A DNA stretch of 64,000 nucleotides, taken from Acidobacteriota bacterium (lineage in GTDB: Bacteria > Acidobacteriota > UBA6911 > RPQK01 > JADFOI01). Location of the stretch: contig OY760074.1 of the NCBI GenBank assembly GCA_963663035.1, forward strand, positions 1,856,001 to 1,920,000, in the 5' to 3' direction. Below are positions 39,306-47,797 of this stretch, in pieces; the first letter of the stretch is position 1, and every line of letters starts with the position of its first letter. A program made the position numbers and the translations under genes. The notes beneath the pieces were generated by a model. The model had not been told where the DNA came from. It saw nothing but the letters and a program-made list of their open reading frames with translations, and searched no databases.

Positions 39306-40944
39306 CCGCAATTATTCATAAGTTTGGGGTGAGTGTCGATTTTCTGCGGAAGTTCAGGGCTGAGAGTGTGTTCAGGTGCGATTACAAGGCGTCCAAGCTT
39401 GTTGAGCCGAATAGAGATGAAGCGAGAGCCCCTTCCGGAAACAGCTCGGCCCGCAGGGGGCTGTATATCTGTGTTGGCGCAGGGAGTCAGGGGACCGTCA
39501 GGTGGGACACAGACGGTGCATCAGTAATGCGAAGAGCTTTTGTTCGGGATAAGACGATGCCAGGTGCACCCAGATGCGACGAGAAGTTTCCCGAACCCGG
39601 GCACCGATTTTGAACAGGCGGCGGCGGAGCGTCTCAATCTCCAGGTTGTGCCAGGGAGTCCCGCACAGGTAATCCCGCAGGCGCAGGATTAAGACATAGG
39701 CCAGGGCGTGGATGAAGAGTCGGAACTGGTTGGCCAGGAAACGGTGGCAGCTCAAGCGATCCATGGCCAGATCTTTTTTGAAAGCTTTCACGAAGTTCTC
39801 GCACTGGCCCCGTCCGATGTAGTGGTCATACAGCTGCCCGGCCGTGAGATCCTGGCGGTTGGTGACCACAAAGCGACGGTTGAACCCGCGCTCGCTCACT
39901 TCCACCTTGGCCACCATGCGCCGCTCCCGGTCCCAACTGTCGGCCTGATAGACGAGCTCGGTGAACTGGCGTTGCTTTTCTCCTGAGTCGTCATAGTCTG
40001 CTTGCACCTGCTCAACCAAGGGCTCGACGGTGGCCGCCAGCCGGGAGTTGCGGGCAAAGCCCACCACATACTGCAGTTTTTCCTCCTCACAGAACTCGTA
40101 CAGTGCCGGCGTCGCAAAGCCACTGTCGGCTCGCACTTCGATCGGAACATCGGATCCCAGAACCTGGCGCATCCGGGCCACCACCCGTTTGAGAACCGCC
40201 ACCGCGTGGGCGGCCGCCCCCTGGTTGCCGGGCCGCAGTAGCGCACATACCAGATCGCCCGTCTCGCCATCGAATAGCAGCAGCGGATGATACATGTGCT
40301 CGCGATAATAGCCGTGGTAAAAGCTGAACTCCTGCTGCCCATGCGTGACGTCATCCGTGCTGTCGATGTCCAGGATGATCTTCTCGGGCCGGCTCTTCTT
40401 GCGGTGCTTCAAGTAGGTCTCCAGCAGCCACTGTCCCAGGCGAGTGAGATCCTTCGAGTTCACCGAGTTCTCCAGTCGCGACAGCGTGGGTTGAGAAGCC
40501 AGATCCGGATCGCTTTCCGGCAGCCGATCACACACGGTCTTGAAGATGGGATCCGAGCGCAAGCTGTCGGCATCGTTGCAGTCCTCATAGCCGGCCACGA
40601 TCTGAAAGCTGCGCTGGGTGAGCAGTTCGCGAATCTGGTGGCGGACGTAGCGGCTATCTCGAGCGTCCTTCAGGCAGGAGGCAAAGCCAGCCGTCAGTCC
40701 GTGCTGTTGATCCAGGGCGTACAGACACAGCAGCCCGGCATCGGAGGAGAGCCGGCCTCCATCGAATCGAGCCACCACTTTTCTGTCAGGGTGAGATGGC
40801 AAGTTGATCTGGCAGACTGATGCATCGCTGGGCCGTACCTTTTTGGTTTGGAGTTGTTTCATAACCCCTTTTATATCAAAGAGGTACGGCATCTTTTTGT
40901 GCCCTCGATCAGACCCCTTCTTCAGAATTTATGAATAATCCGGG
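39306..40944 (-). mobile_element. IS1380-family insertion sequence (1639 bp)
   Basis: Imperfect TIRs CCGCAATTATTCATAAGTT / CCCGGATTATTCATAAATT (15/19); 4-bp CTAG duplication at 39302-39305 and 40945-40948. Confidence 0.92.
39498..40892 (-). CDS. IS1380-family DDE transposase
   Basis: FDGGRLSSDAGL, LASQPTLSRLEN, LDIDST..HGQQE..YHGYY, RADSGF, RGQCEN; intact ORF (start may be 40862). Confidence 0.93.
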   Translation of the reverse strand: MPYLFDIKGVMKQLQTKKVRPSDASVCQINLPSHPDRKVVARFDGGRLSSDAGLLCLYALDQQHGLTAGFASCLKDARDSRYVRHQIRELLTQRSFQIVAGYEDCNDADSLRSDPIFKTVCDRLPESDPDLASQPTLSRLENSVNSKDLTRLGQWLLETYLKHRKKSRPEKIILDIDSTDDVTHGQQEFSFYHGYYREHMYHPLLLFDGETGDLVCALLRPGNQGAAAHAVAVLKRVVARMRQVLGSDVPIEVRADSGFATPALYEFCEEEKLQYVVGFARNSRLAATVEPLVEQVQADYDDSGEKQRQFTELVYQADSWDRERRMVAKVEVSERGFNRRFVVTNRQDLTAGQLYDHYIGRGQCENFVKAFKKDLAMDRLSCHRFLANQFRLFIHALAYVLILRLRDYLCGTPWHNLEIETLRRRLFKIGARVRETSRRIWVHLASSYPEQKLFALLMHRLCPT

Positions 40945-41095
40945 CTAGGAGCTTCTGATCGCGGAAGAAGAACCCATCGCAGGTCGCGCAGGTCGACACA
41001 CCATGCCCGATGAGTTCCTTCACTTCGTTCACTTTTAGGACCCAACCGAACTTTCCGTGCCTTTAGCCAGGTGGGAGAGACTGCGAAAAGGAAAC

Positions 41096-43291
41096 TTAAA
41101 AGTCAAAGGAGTGGGTGAACTTCAGAACGATTTGGCGGTCAAGATCGGTGATCGGGTCGGTGCGGTCTCGAAATTCAGTGTAGACAAAAAACAGGTCATC
41201 GCCGGGGCGATAGATGTAGTTCAGACGAAAATTCACGCCCAACACATCGTTGCTGCTATTGTACTGAAGTACGGTGCTGGTCAACCACTTCCGGCTAAAT
41301 GCGACATTGAAGGTATTGTTCATCTGATGGAAGTTCACCGCTTCCAGCCCTACCGCTTCAATGCGGTTTATCGAATAGTTCACCCGAAAGGAGAAACGAC
41401 TGCTGAACTTCACCACCGGAGAAATACTCCATTGGTGCCTCATGTTGCCTTGGCCATAGTAATTCCACTCAGGGCGGTAGGAGAGACCACCACTGAGCTT
41501 GCGAGCGGGATTGGCGCGATAATTGATTTCAGAGTACCACCAGCTGTACTTTCCGGGGGCTACGTCCAGGCCCGGAAGGCTCAGTGACGAGCCGACCACA
41601 ACTTCAGTCCGACGGTGGGGGTTGACGTTAAATGCACTGCCGTCCTGAAAACTAATCCCGTTGTCAATGTGATAGACATCAGTGACCAGCTCATTGTCTC
41701 TCACGTCCAGGACCTGCTCGTAGTGGACCCCGAAGTTGAGCTGCCGTATGAGGTCACTGTTGGGGCGAGGTCTGATCATAATCCGAGAAGAGTGCCTGCG
41801 GATGGCCTCTCGTTTGAGAAAGCCCAGATCGGTCTCAAAGTTCTCCCGGACCTCAACATAGGTGAAACTGGCATCCAGAAAATCATCCTGCCAATGACTT
41901 TCCACCGCCCCCGCCCATTGCCGGTCGTCGAGGCCGTCGGTAAAGGATCTGGCAAGCAGTCCAACCACTTTCAGGTGCTCGAAAAAAACCAGGTTGTGAT
42001 CGACTGCAAAAACTCGATTGAAATCTCCTCCTTCCCCCTGCCGGTTGGAGGCAAAGAATCCCAAAGAAGAGCGCGACCAAATGTCCCGCTTCAGGCGGAA
42101 GACTGCAAAATTGTCGCCCTCTTGGCCCTGGAAATCATCTGTTTGAGCCTCCAGAATTCCCAGTGTGAACTTGTCCCCCAGCTTGCCGGCCAACTTCGCA
42201 CCGACCAGGATGGGGATGGGCAGCCTGCCCGAGGAAAGACCGATCCGACGGCTGTGAAAGAGCTTCACGTCCGGTGATCGGGCAACGCGAAGTCCACTGA
42301 CCCCAAAGATGCCTGCGCCCTCCAGAAAAAACTCCCTCTTCTCCGGGAAAAAGGTGGGGAAGCGATCGAAGTTGATGACCTGATTGTCGACTTCCGTTTG
42401 AGCGAAGTCCGTATTGGCTGTGACATCCAGTGTCAATCCTGAAGTCACTGGAACCTTGAGATCTTCCAGCCCCACGTCTCCAAGATAGATGGTTCTTCGC
42501 TGGTCGGATCCTTGAGTGGCCGTGCGCAGGTTGACGTAAGGCTTGACTCGAATTTGCGCCGCCGACTCGACTTCAGACATTCCCAGTAAATGACCGGCTT
42601 GAGAAAGTTGTCGGAAGTTGAAACTTCGACGGTAGTTATTCCAGTAGCCAAACTCGTTCTTCCGGCGAATAACGCGCTCAAAATCAATCCCAAAGTCTGT
42701 ACTCTGGGAGGAAAAACGGATGCTTGTCAGCGGGATCTTTATCTCAGCCGTCCAACCTTCTTCATCAACCTGGGTCTCAACTTCCCATTTCTCATCCCAG
42801 TCGGCGTTGACATCTCGGCCCTCTTCGGTGATCAGCGCATCGTACTGTGTCCCGGCGGGATTAATTTTAAACAGGAAGGCATTTCGGTGATCATGAAAGG
42901 TATCCAGAAGGACGGTAAAGCTATCGTCATTGGCAAAGGCATTATCCCGTCTCAGCTCGGTGGCCAGGATTCCATCCGCCTGACTATCAAAACAGCGGAT
43001 TCCAAAGTACAGGTTCTCCTGGTCGTAAAGAGCGCGCACCTCCGTTCTCTCGCTGACCGGCATTCCTTCGTCGGGATCCCTTTGTACAAATTCGCCAGTG
43101 ACAGGTGCATCCTGCCAGGCCTGCTCATTCAGGAGTCCATCCAGGACGGGCGCTTCCTGGATAGGAAGGATGGTGAGCGATCTGCTGCCGTGCTGCCGGC
43201 TGTCGGACCGGTCCTGCTGAGCTAGCGCGCAGAGTTGGACGAGAGTGAACAGAGAAAGGGTAATAGCAAAGTTTTTCACAGTTTGGGGCAA
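41096..43291 (-). CDS. CBM9-like/DUF5916 outer-membrane protein, paralog B
   Basis: Collinear paralog of 36899..39115; TTG start after GGAG; ends HSFDF. Confidence 0.85.
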   Translation of the reverse strand: MPQTVKNFAITLSLFTLVQLCALAQQDRSDSRQHGSRSLTILPIQEAPVLDGLLNEQAWQDAPVTGEFVQRDPDEGMPVSERTEVRALYDQENLYFGIRCFDSQADGILATELRRDNAFANDDSFTVLLDTFHDHRNAFLFKINPAGTQYDALITEEGRDVNADWDEKWEVETQVDEEGWTAEIKIPLTSIRFSSQSTDFGIDFERVIRRKNEFGYWNNYRRSFNFRQLSQAGHLLGMSEVESAAQIRVKPYVNLRTATQGSDQRRTIYLGDVGLEDLKVPVTSGLTLDVTANTDFAQTEVDNQVINFDRFPTFFPEKREFFLEGAGIFGVSGLRVARSPDVKLFHSRRIGLSSGRLPIPILVGAKLAGKLGDKFTLGILEAQTDDFQGQEGDNFAVFRLKRDIWSRSSLGFFASNRQGEGGDFNRVFAVDHNLVFFEHLKVVGLLARSFTDGLDDRQWAGAVESHWQDDFLDASFTYVEVRENFETDLGFLKREAIRRHSSRIMIRPRPNSDLIRQLNFGVHYEQVLDVRDNELVTDVYHIDNGISFQDGSAFNVNPHRRTEVVVGSSLSLPGLDVAPGKYSWWYSEINYRANPARKLSGGLSYRPEWNYYGQGNMRHQWSISPVVKFSSRFSFRVNYSINRIEAVGLEAVNFHQMNNTFNVAFSRKWLTSTVLQYNSSNDVLGVNFRLNYIYRPGDDLFFVYTEFRDRTDPITDLDRQIVLKFTHSFDF

Positions 43292-43315
43292 TTTTACTCC
43301 TGGAAAGATCGGGTT

Positions 43316-43344
43316 ATTCTGCCACCTCCCCTAAAGGGTGTCAA
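43316..43344 (-). promoter_or_regulatory. Putative sigma70 promoter of paralog B overlapping the trxB stop
   Basis: TTGACA-N17-CAGAAT with extended -10 TG. Confidence 0.6.
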
Positions 43345-44315
43345 GGAATCTGCGCTTTCGCGGCCACGCCGCCAGCCTCTCTTTTGTCCTCTCCCTCACA
43401 CTGTTCCTCGAGAAACTTTTCCGCATCTATGGCTGCCCGACATCCTGCTCCAGCGGCCGTCACCGCCTGCTTATAAACGAGATCGTGAACGTCTCCCGCC
43501 GCGAAGACTCCCTCCACGCTGGCCTTGGACCCGTCGTGGATGACGAGGTACCCTCGATCCATCTCCAGCTGACCTTCGAAGATCTGGGTGTTGGGACTGT
43601 GGCCAATAGCAACGAAGACTCCCCCCACGGGAAGGGTTGTTTCCTCGCCACTCTTGACATGCTTCAGCTTGACCGCCTCAACCTGGTTCTTTTTGGGATC
43701 CAGAATGTCCGTGACGACCGCATCCCAGATAAATTCGATCTTCGGATGGTCGAGCGCCCGGTCTGCCATAATTTTTGAAGCCCGCAGCTCATCTCGTCGA
43801 TGGACAACTGTCACTTTTTTGGCAAACTTGGTGAGAAACAGGGCCTCTTCTACGGCCGTGTCCCCGCCTCCCACCACGAGGAGCTCCTGATCGCGGAAGA
43901 AGAACCCATCGCAGGTCGCGCAGGTCGACACACCATGCCCAATGAGTTCCTTTTCTGAGGGTAATCCCAAAAGAAGAGCCGACGCTCCCGAAGCCACAAT
44001 CAGGGTTTCTGTCTTATAAACCGCCCGGTCTGTCTCAATCTTGAAGGGCCGGGTGCTCAGATCGGCTTTCTTCGCCACCTCCATTTTGTAGTCTGCACCA
44101 AACCGCTGCGCCTGTTGCTTCATCCGCTCCACTAACTCAGGACCCTGTATACCTTCGGGAAATCCCGGATAGTTCTCTACATCAGTGGTGAGAGACAACT
44201 GCCCTCCAGGTTCATGTCCTTCCAAGACCATAGGCTTTAGATCAGCCCGAGCCGCATAAATAGCCGCAGACGAACCGGCACAGCCAGAACCTAAAATGAT
44301 AACTTTGTGTAGCAT
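43341..44315 (-). CDS. trxB: Thioredoxin-disulfide reductase
   Basis: ILGSGCAG, GGQL, CATCDG, GGGDTA, HRR, FAAGDV; start MLHKV at 44315. Confidence 0.96.
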   Translation of the reverse strand: MLHKVIILGSGCAGSSAAIYAARADLKPMVLEGHEPGGQLSLTTDVENYPGFPEGIQGPELVERMKQQAQRFGADYKMEVAKKADLSTRPFKIETDRAVYKTETLIVASGASALLLGLPSEKELIGHGVSTCATCDGFFFRDQELLVVGGGDTAVEEALFLTKFAKKVTVVHRRDELRASKIMADRALDHPKIEFIWDAVVTDILDPKKNQVEAVKLKHVKSGEETTLPVGGVFVAIGHSPNTQIFEGQLEMDRGYLVIHDGSKASVEGVFAAGDVHDLVYKQAVTAAGAGCRAAIDAEKFLEEQCEGEDKREAGGVAAKAQIP

Positions 44316-44401
44316 GAGAGGATAGGATAGCAAATGTCTTGCCGGTGAATAAAATGAATCTGGGGCCAAGATAAACTCCAAAGGGGGATAAGAAAAGGGT
44401 T

Positions 44402-45472
44402 ATGGAAGCTTTAGAAGAAACATTGTTAGTGTTGGGGAAGAATCCCTACATCCAAGCCTTCGCAGTTGTGCTGGTCTCCCTGGTCCTTGCCAAGCTTACA
44501 GACTGGCTTCTAACCAGGGGACTCACCCGACTCACACAGAAGACCCCCACTGAGCTTGACGATCAGATGCTCAAAATGGTTCACAAGCCGATTTTCTACT
44601 CGGTCTGGCTGGCTGGCCTGGCCGTTGCTCTCACTCTAGTCAAACTCCGCGAGCCATTCGATTTTATCGGCTTTGGCCTGATCAAGACTCTGGTCGTCCT
44701 GCTCTGGTTGGCCTTAGGAATTCGGCTGATCCTTCTGGTTTTGGACTGGATGACTCAGCAGCCGGATCGTTTCAACCTTGTACAGCCGGACACGAAACCG
44801 CTGTTTGACATCGGCGCCCGGGTCATTCTGGTTGGTGGTGCCATTTACTTTGTATTGATCTCCTGGAATGTGGATGTGACTGCCTGGTTGGCCTCAGCTG
44901 GAATCATTGGTATTGCGGTGGGCTTTGCTGCCAAGGATACTCTGGCCAACCTGTTTGCGGGCGTCTTTATCCTGGCCGACGCTCCTTACAAGATTGGTGA
45001 TTTCATCGTATTGGATGGAGGTGAGCGGGGTCGTGTGACGAAGATCGGAATTCGCACCACTCGGATCCTCACTCGCGATGACGTCGAGATCACCATCCCC
45101 AACGCGACGATTGCCAACTCCAAGATCTCTAACGAAAGCGGCGGACCCCATGTGAAGTATCGCAATCGAATTTCTGTGGGAGTTGCCTACGGATCCGATG
45201 TCGACTTGGTGAGAGAGGTTCTACTCGGTGTCGCCCAGGCTGCGGTTGAGGCAGGAACCCTCTCCCAGGATCCGACGCCAAGGGTGCGCTTCCGCGGCTT
45301 TGGAGACTCTGCCCTGCTTTTCCAGCTCCTCTACTGGATTGAGGAGCCAGTGCTGAGAGGTCAGGTGCAAGATTTGCTCAACACGTCAGTCTACAAAGCC
45401 CTGGCCAAAGCAGGACTCGAGATTCCCTACCCCAAGCGGGATCTGTACGTTCGAGAAATGCCGAAGTCTTGA
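44402..45472 (+). CDS. Small-conductance mechanosensitive channel family protein
   Basis: GIAVGFAAKDTLANLFAG, PYKIGD, IPN, VAYGSD, EIPYP. Confidence 0.93.
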   Translation: MEALEETLLVLGKNPYIQAFAVVLVSLVLAKLTDWLLTRGLTRLTQKTPTELDDQMLKMVHKPIFYSVWLAGLAVALTLVKLREPFDFIGFGLIKTLVVLLWLALGIRLILLVLDWMTQQPDRFNLVQPDTKPLFDIGARVILVGGAIYFVLISWNVDVTAWLASAGIIGIAVGFAAKDTLANLFAGVFILADAPYKIGDFIVLDGGERGRVTKIGIRTTRILTRDDVEITIPNATIANSKISNESGGPHVKYRNRISVGVAYGSDVDLVREVLLGVAQAAVEAGTLSQDPTPRVRFRGFGDSALLFQLLYWIEEPVLRGQVQDLLNTSVYKALAKAGLEIPYPKRDLYVREMPKS

Positions 45473-45476
45473 ATTC

Positions 45477-45497
45477 GGCACCTGAGGTGCCTCCCAC
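45477..45497 (-). repeat. REP-like palindrome copy between convergent genes
   Basis: GGCACCTGAGGTGCCTCCCAC is the reverse complement of the 16222 unit. Confidence 0.85.
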
Positions 45498-45499
45498 GT

Positions 45500-45937
45500 T
45501 TACTGGCCCAAGACCGGACTGGAGCTGGTTGCAGGAGCATTGGCTGTGGTATAGCGGATCATACCCGACTCATCACCAAAGAAGCTTCGTTGACCAGTGC
45601 TGTCGTAGTTCGTGGGTCTGGCATCGACGTTGTAGGTGGTATTGGCAGGGCCAAGCGAAACGGTAAAGAAATAACCATCCTTCGTCGCAGATCCCACCAC
45701 CGAGTCCAGCAGGGAACCTGAGGTGAGCACATCCAGGGTGCCATATCTTCCTGAACCCACCGTCGTCACAAACAGCATTTCAGCACTGATGATGGTCCGT
45801 ACCGTGTTAATGGCCGAACCTTCATTGCCCGCCATCCTCGACCGCAAAAGATTTGGAATCGCGAGTTGCGCAATGACACCAATAATCAGCAAAACGATCA
45901 GTAATTCGACTAACGAAAACCCTTTTTCGTTCTTCAT
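45500..45937 (-). CDS. Type IV pilin-like protein (prepilin N-terminal cleavage site)
   Basis: MKNEKG/FSLVELLIV, AIPNLLRSR..NEGSA, K.GY.F, GQRSFFGDESG. Confidence 0.9.
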   Translation of the reverse strand: MKNEKGFSLVELLIVLLIIGVIAQLAIPNLLRSRMAGNEGSAINTVRTIISAEMLFVTTVGSGRYGTLDVLTSGSLLDSVVGSATKDGYFFTVSLGPANTTYNVDARPTNYDSTGQRSFFGDESGMIRYTTANAPATSSSPVLGQ

Positions 45938-46211
45938 GAAAAGTGCTCCCGCACAGAAGGGGAGCAAAAGTGGTTCCAAGTCACCTGTTTTAACTCAATT
46001 ACTTTCCTAAACAACTGATATAAATGCCTTTAAAATTTTTGTTGAGTTGTCAAAGACTGACTGGACTGGAAGCCTCTAGTGACAGACAGCGCTCCTTGAG
46101 GTGACTCTACGGGGCACTTGAATCCATCGACCTCTGGTGTAAAAGCAGTTCTTGTTGCCAAATAACATACAATCGTGCAACCCCTTAAGATCTCTTAGGT
46201 TACATCTTAAT

Positions 46212-47450
46212 TTATACCATAATTCGCAACAGGTATGCGCAGAGCAGGCCGGCATAGTTGCCCAGGAGGTAGCCCAGCACTCCCATCAGGAGACCCACGG
46301 GCGCCATGGATTCGTAATAGGCGGCAGCCACAATGGGCGCACTGGCTGCTCCTGCAATGTTGGCCTGACTACCCACCGCGACCAGGAAAAGAGGAGCTCT
46401 CAGCAAGCGAGCGCCGATCACCAGAAAAAGCACATGAATGAGTATCCATACGATCCCAGCCAACAGAAAGACCGGCGCCTCCAGAAGACCCTTCAGATCG
46501 GCCTTGGCCCCGATGGAGGTGAGAAACAGGTAGAGTGCTGCATAGCCTATCTTGGAAGCACCCGCCCTTTCGATGCGCCGCACCGGGGTAAAGGAGAGCA
46601 CAATACCCAGAGTCGAAACGAGAATGACCAGCCAGGTGAAGGGGGAGAAAATGGAGGCCACGTTGGGGGCCCTCTGCGCCAGAACCAGCTCAACTGAACT
46701 GTAGAGCCACACTGACAGATGTTGGCAGGTTACCGCTCCCACAAATCCTATGGCAACCACAATGGAAACGTCTGGCAGTGTTATGGGTCTGAGCTGGGTT
46801 TCTTGAAACTCCTTCAGACGCCGGTTCAAATCCTCCAAGATAGCTGAGCGAGCCTTGTTCCACCGATCAATGACCTGTTGGTAATTGGCCAGAAAAAGCA
46901 ACACGCCCATCCAGGTATAGGCGATTAACGTGTCCACTATGATTATGGGACCGATAATGCTGTCAGAGGCCCCGACCGATTCCTTGATAGCGGCAAAGTT
47001 TCCCCCTCCTCCAATCCAGCTACCCGAGAGGGCCGCCAATCCTTTCCAGGCCTCAGGCGGCAGCCAGTTCCCAAAAAGCAGCAGGACAACTGGACCACCA
47101 ATCACCACGCCGGCCGTGCCAAACAGCATCATGGCAATGGCTCTGGGTCCAATGCTCCAAATGGCGGTTACATCCGTTGTGATCATCAGAACAAAGAGGC
47201 TGAAGGGCAGCAAGTAGTCTCTCATCCAGTCGTAGGTGGGTGAGTCGGCTGGAATCAACCCCAACGCGCTGGCAATGGTAGGCAAAAAGTAGACCAGAAC
47301 AATCGAGGGAACGATCTGGAAGAACCGCTTGGCCCAACTCTGGCTCGAGACCCAAAACACCAGTGCGCAGGTCAGAGCGCAGAAGGCAAAAACGGCCATT
47401 GGATCTTCTAAAACCGTCATTGAAGTGAAACCATAAGGATGCGCAGTCAC
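46212..47450 (-). CDS. DUF819 family membrane protein
   Basis: Multi-TM, GSWIGGGGNFAA, GSQANIAG..SA. Confidence 0.85.
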   Translation of the reverse strand: MTAHPYGFTSMTVLEDPMAVFAFCALTCALVFWVSSQSWAKRFFQIVPSIVLVYFLPTIASALGLIPADSPTYDWMRDYLLPFSLFVLMITTDVTAIWSIGPRAIAMMLFGTAGVVIGGPVVLLLFGNWLPPEAWKGLAALSGSWIGGGGNFAAIKESVGASDSIIGPIIIVDTLIAYTWMGVLLFLANYQQVIDRWNKARSAILEDLNRRLKEFQETQLRPITLPDVSIVVAIGFVGAVTCQHLSVWLYSSVELVLAQRAPNVASIFSPFTWLVILVSTLGIVLSFTPVRRIERAGASKIGYAALYLFLTSIGAKADLKGLLEAPVFLLAGIVWILIHVLFLVIGARLLRAPLFLVAVGSQANIAGAASAPIVAAAYYESMAPVGLLMGVLGYLLGNYAGLLCAYLLRIMV

Positions 47451-47506
47451 TTTCAGTCAAACAACCGGGCGAAGAAGGCTGGCCTTCCTCGCCATTGGCT
47501 TTCTAG

Positions 47507-47773
47507 TGCTCACTTCCCTAAATACGGTGACGTTTGTTGCGGCGCTGCGCCCCCGGATTCAAGGCGCTCCGACGAGTCGATACGCTACATCGGCGAGGAG
47601 AAGCAACGAAGAAGATGGGGGCGCAGCGCCGCAACCCTCTGGGCGGAGGGGGGTTGTGGTCGATCTCTTCGTCGCTCGTCGTCGACGATGTCCTGACATC
47701 GCCTCCTTCTCGCTCCTCGACCTCGCCTCACAAGCCCCCTCCGCAAACATCACCTTATTTATGGAAGGGAGCA
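47507..47773. mobile_element. MITE-like element family B (267 bp, two inverted structured cores)
   Basis: ~30-bp TIR TGCTCACTTCCCTAAATACGGTGACGTTTG / CAAACATCACCTTATTTATGGAAGGGAGCA; flanks CTAG/CTTA; internal arm TTGCGGCGCTGCGCCCCC...GGGGGCGCAGCGCCGCAA. Confidence 0.8.
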
Positions 47774-47797
47774 CTTACACTACAGTAGCATAGGCAC

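Larger units (their letters stand above)
39170..41020 (-). pseudogene. trxB 3' remnant (internally deleted, interrupted by IS)
   Basis: 39170-39301 matches the trxB 3' end (AVTAAGAGC.AAI.AEKFLEEQ); 40949-41020 matches [22 protein letters not shown] of trxB at ~43880-43952. Confidence 0.9.

Noticed and set aside
36899-40948. ISEcp1-style capture of paralog A by the IS as the cause of the duplication
   Set aside because: The CTAG duplication brackets only the IS and the trxB remnant continues on both sides, so the IS arrived after the duplication
46143-46161. Sigma54 promoter for the pilin (TGGCAACAAGAACTGCT)
   Set aside because: GG-to-GC spacing is 11 nt instead of the required 10
46066-46185. 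c-di-GMP-II riboswitch-like words (GGAAG, GGGCACTTGA, GTGCAACC)
   Set aside because: Spacing is too long and they lie on the strand opposite to the pilin gene
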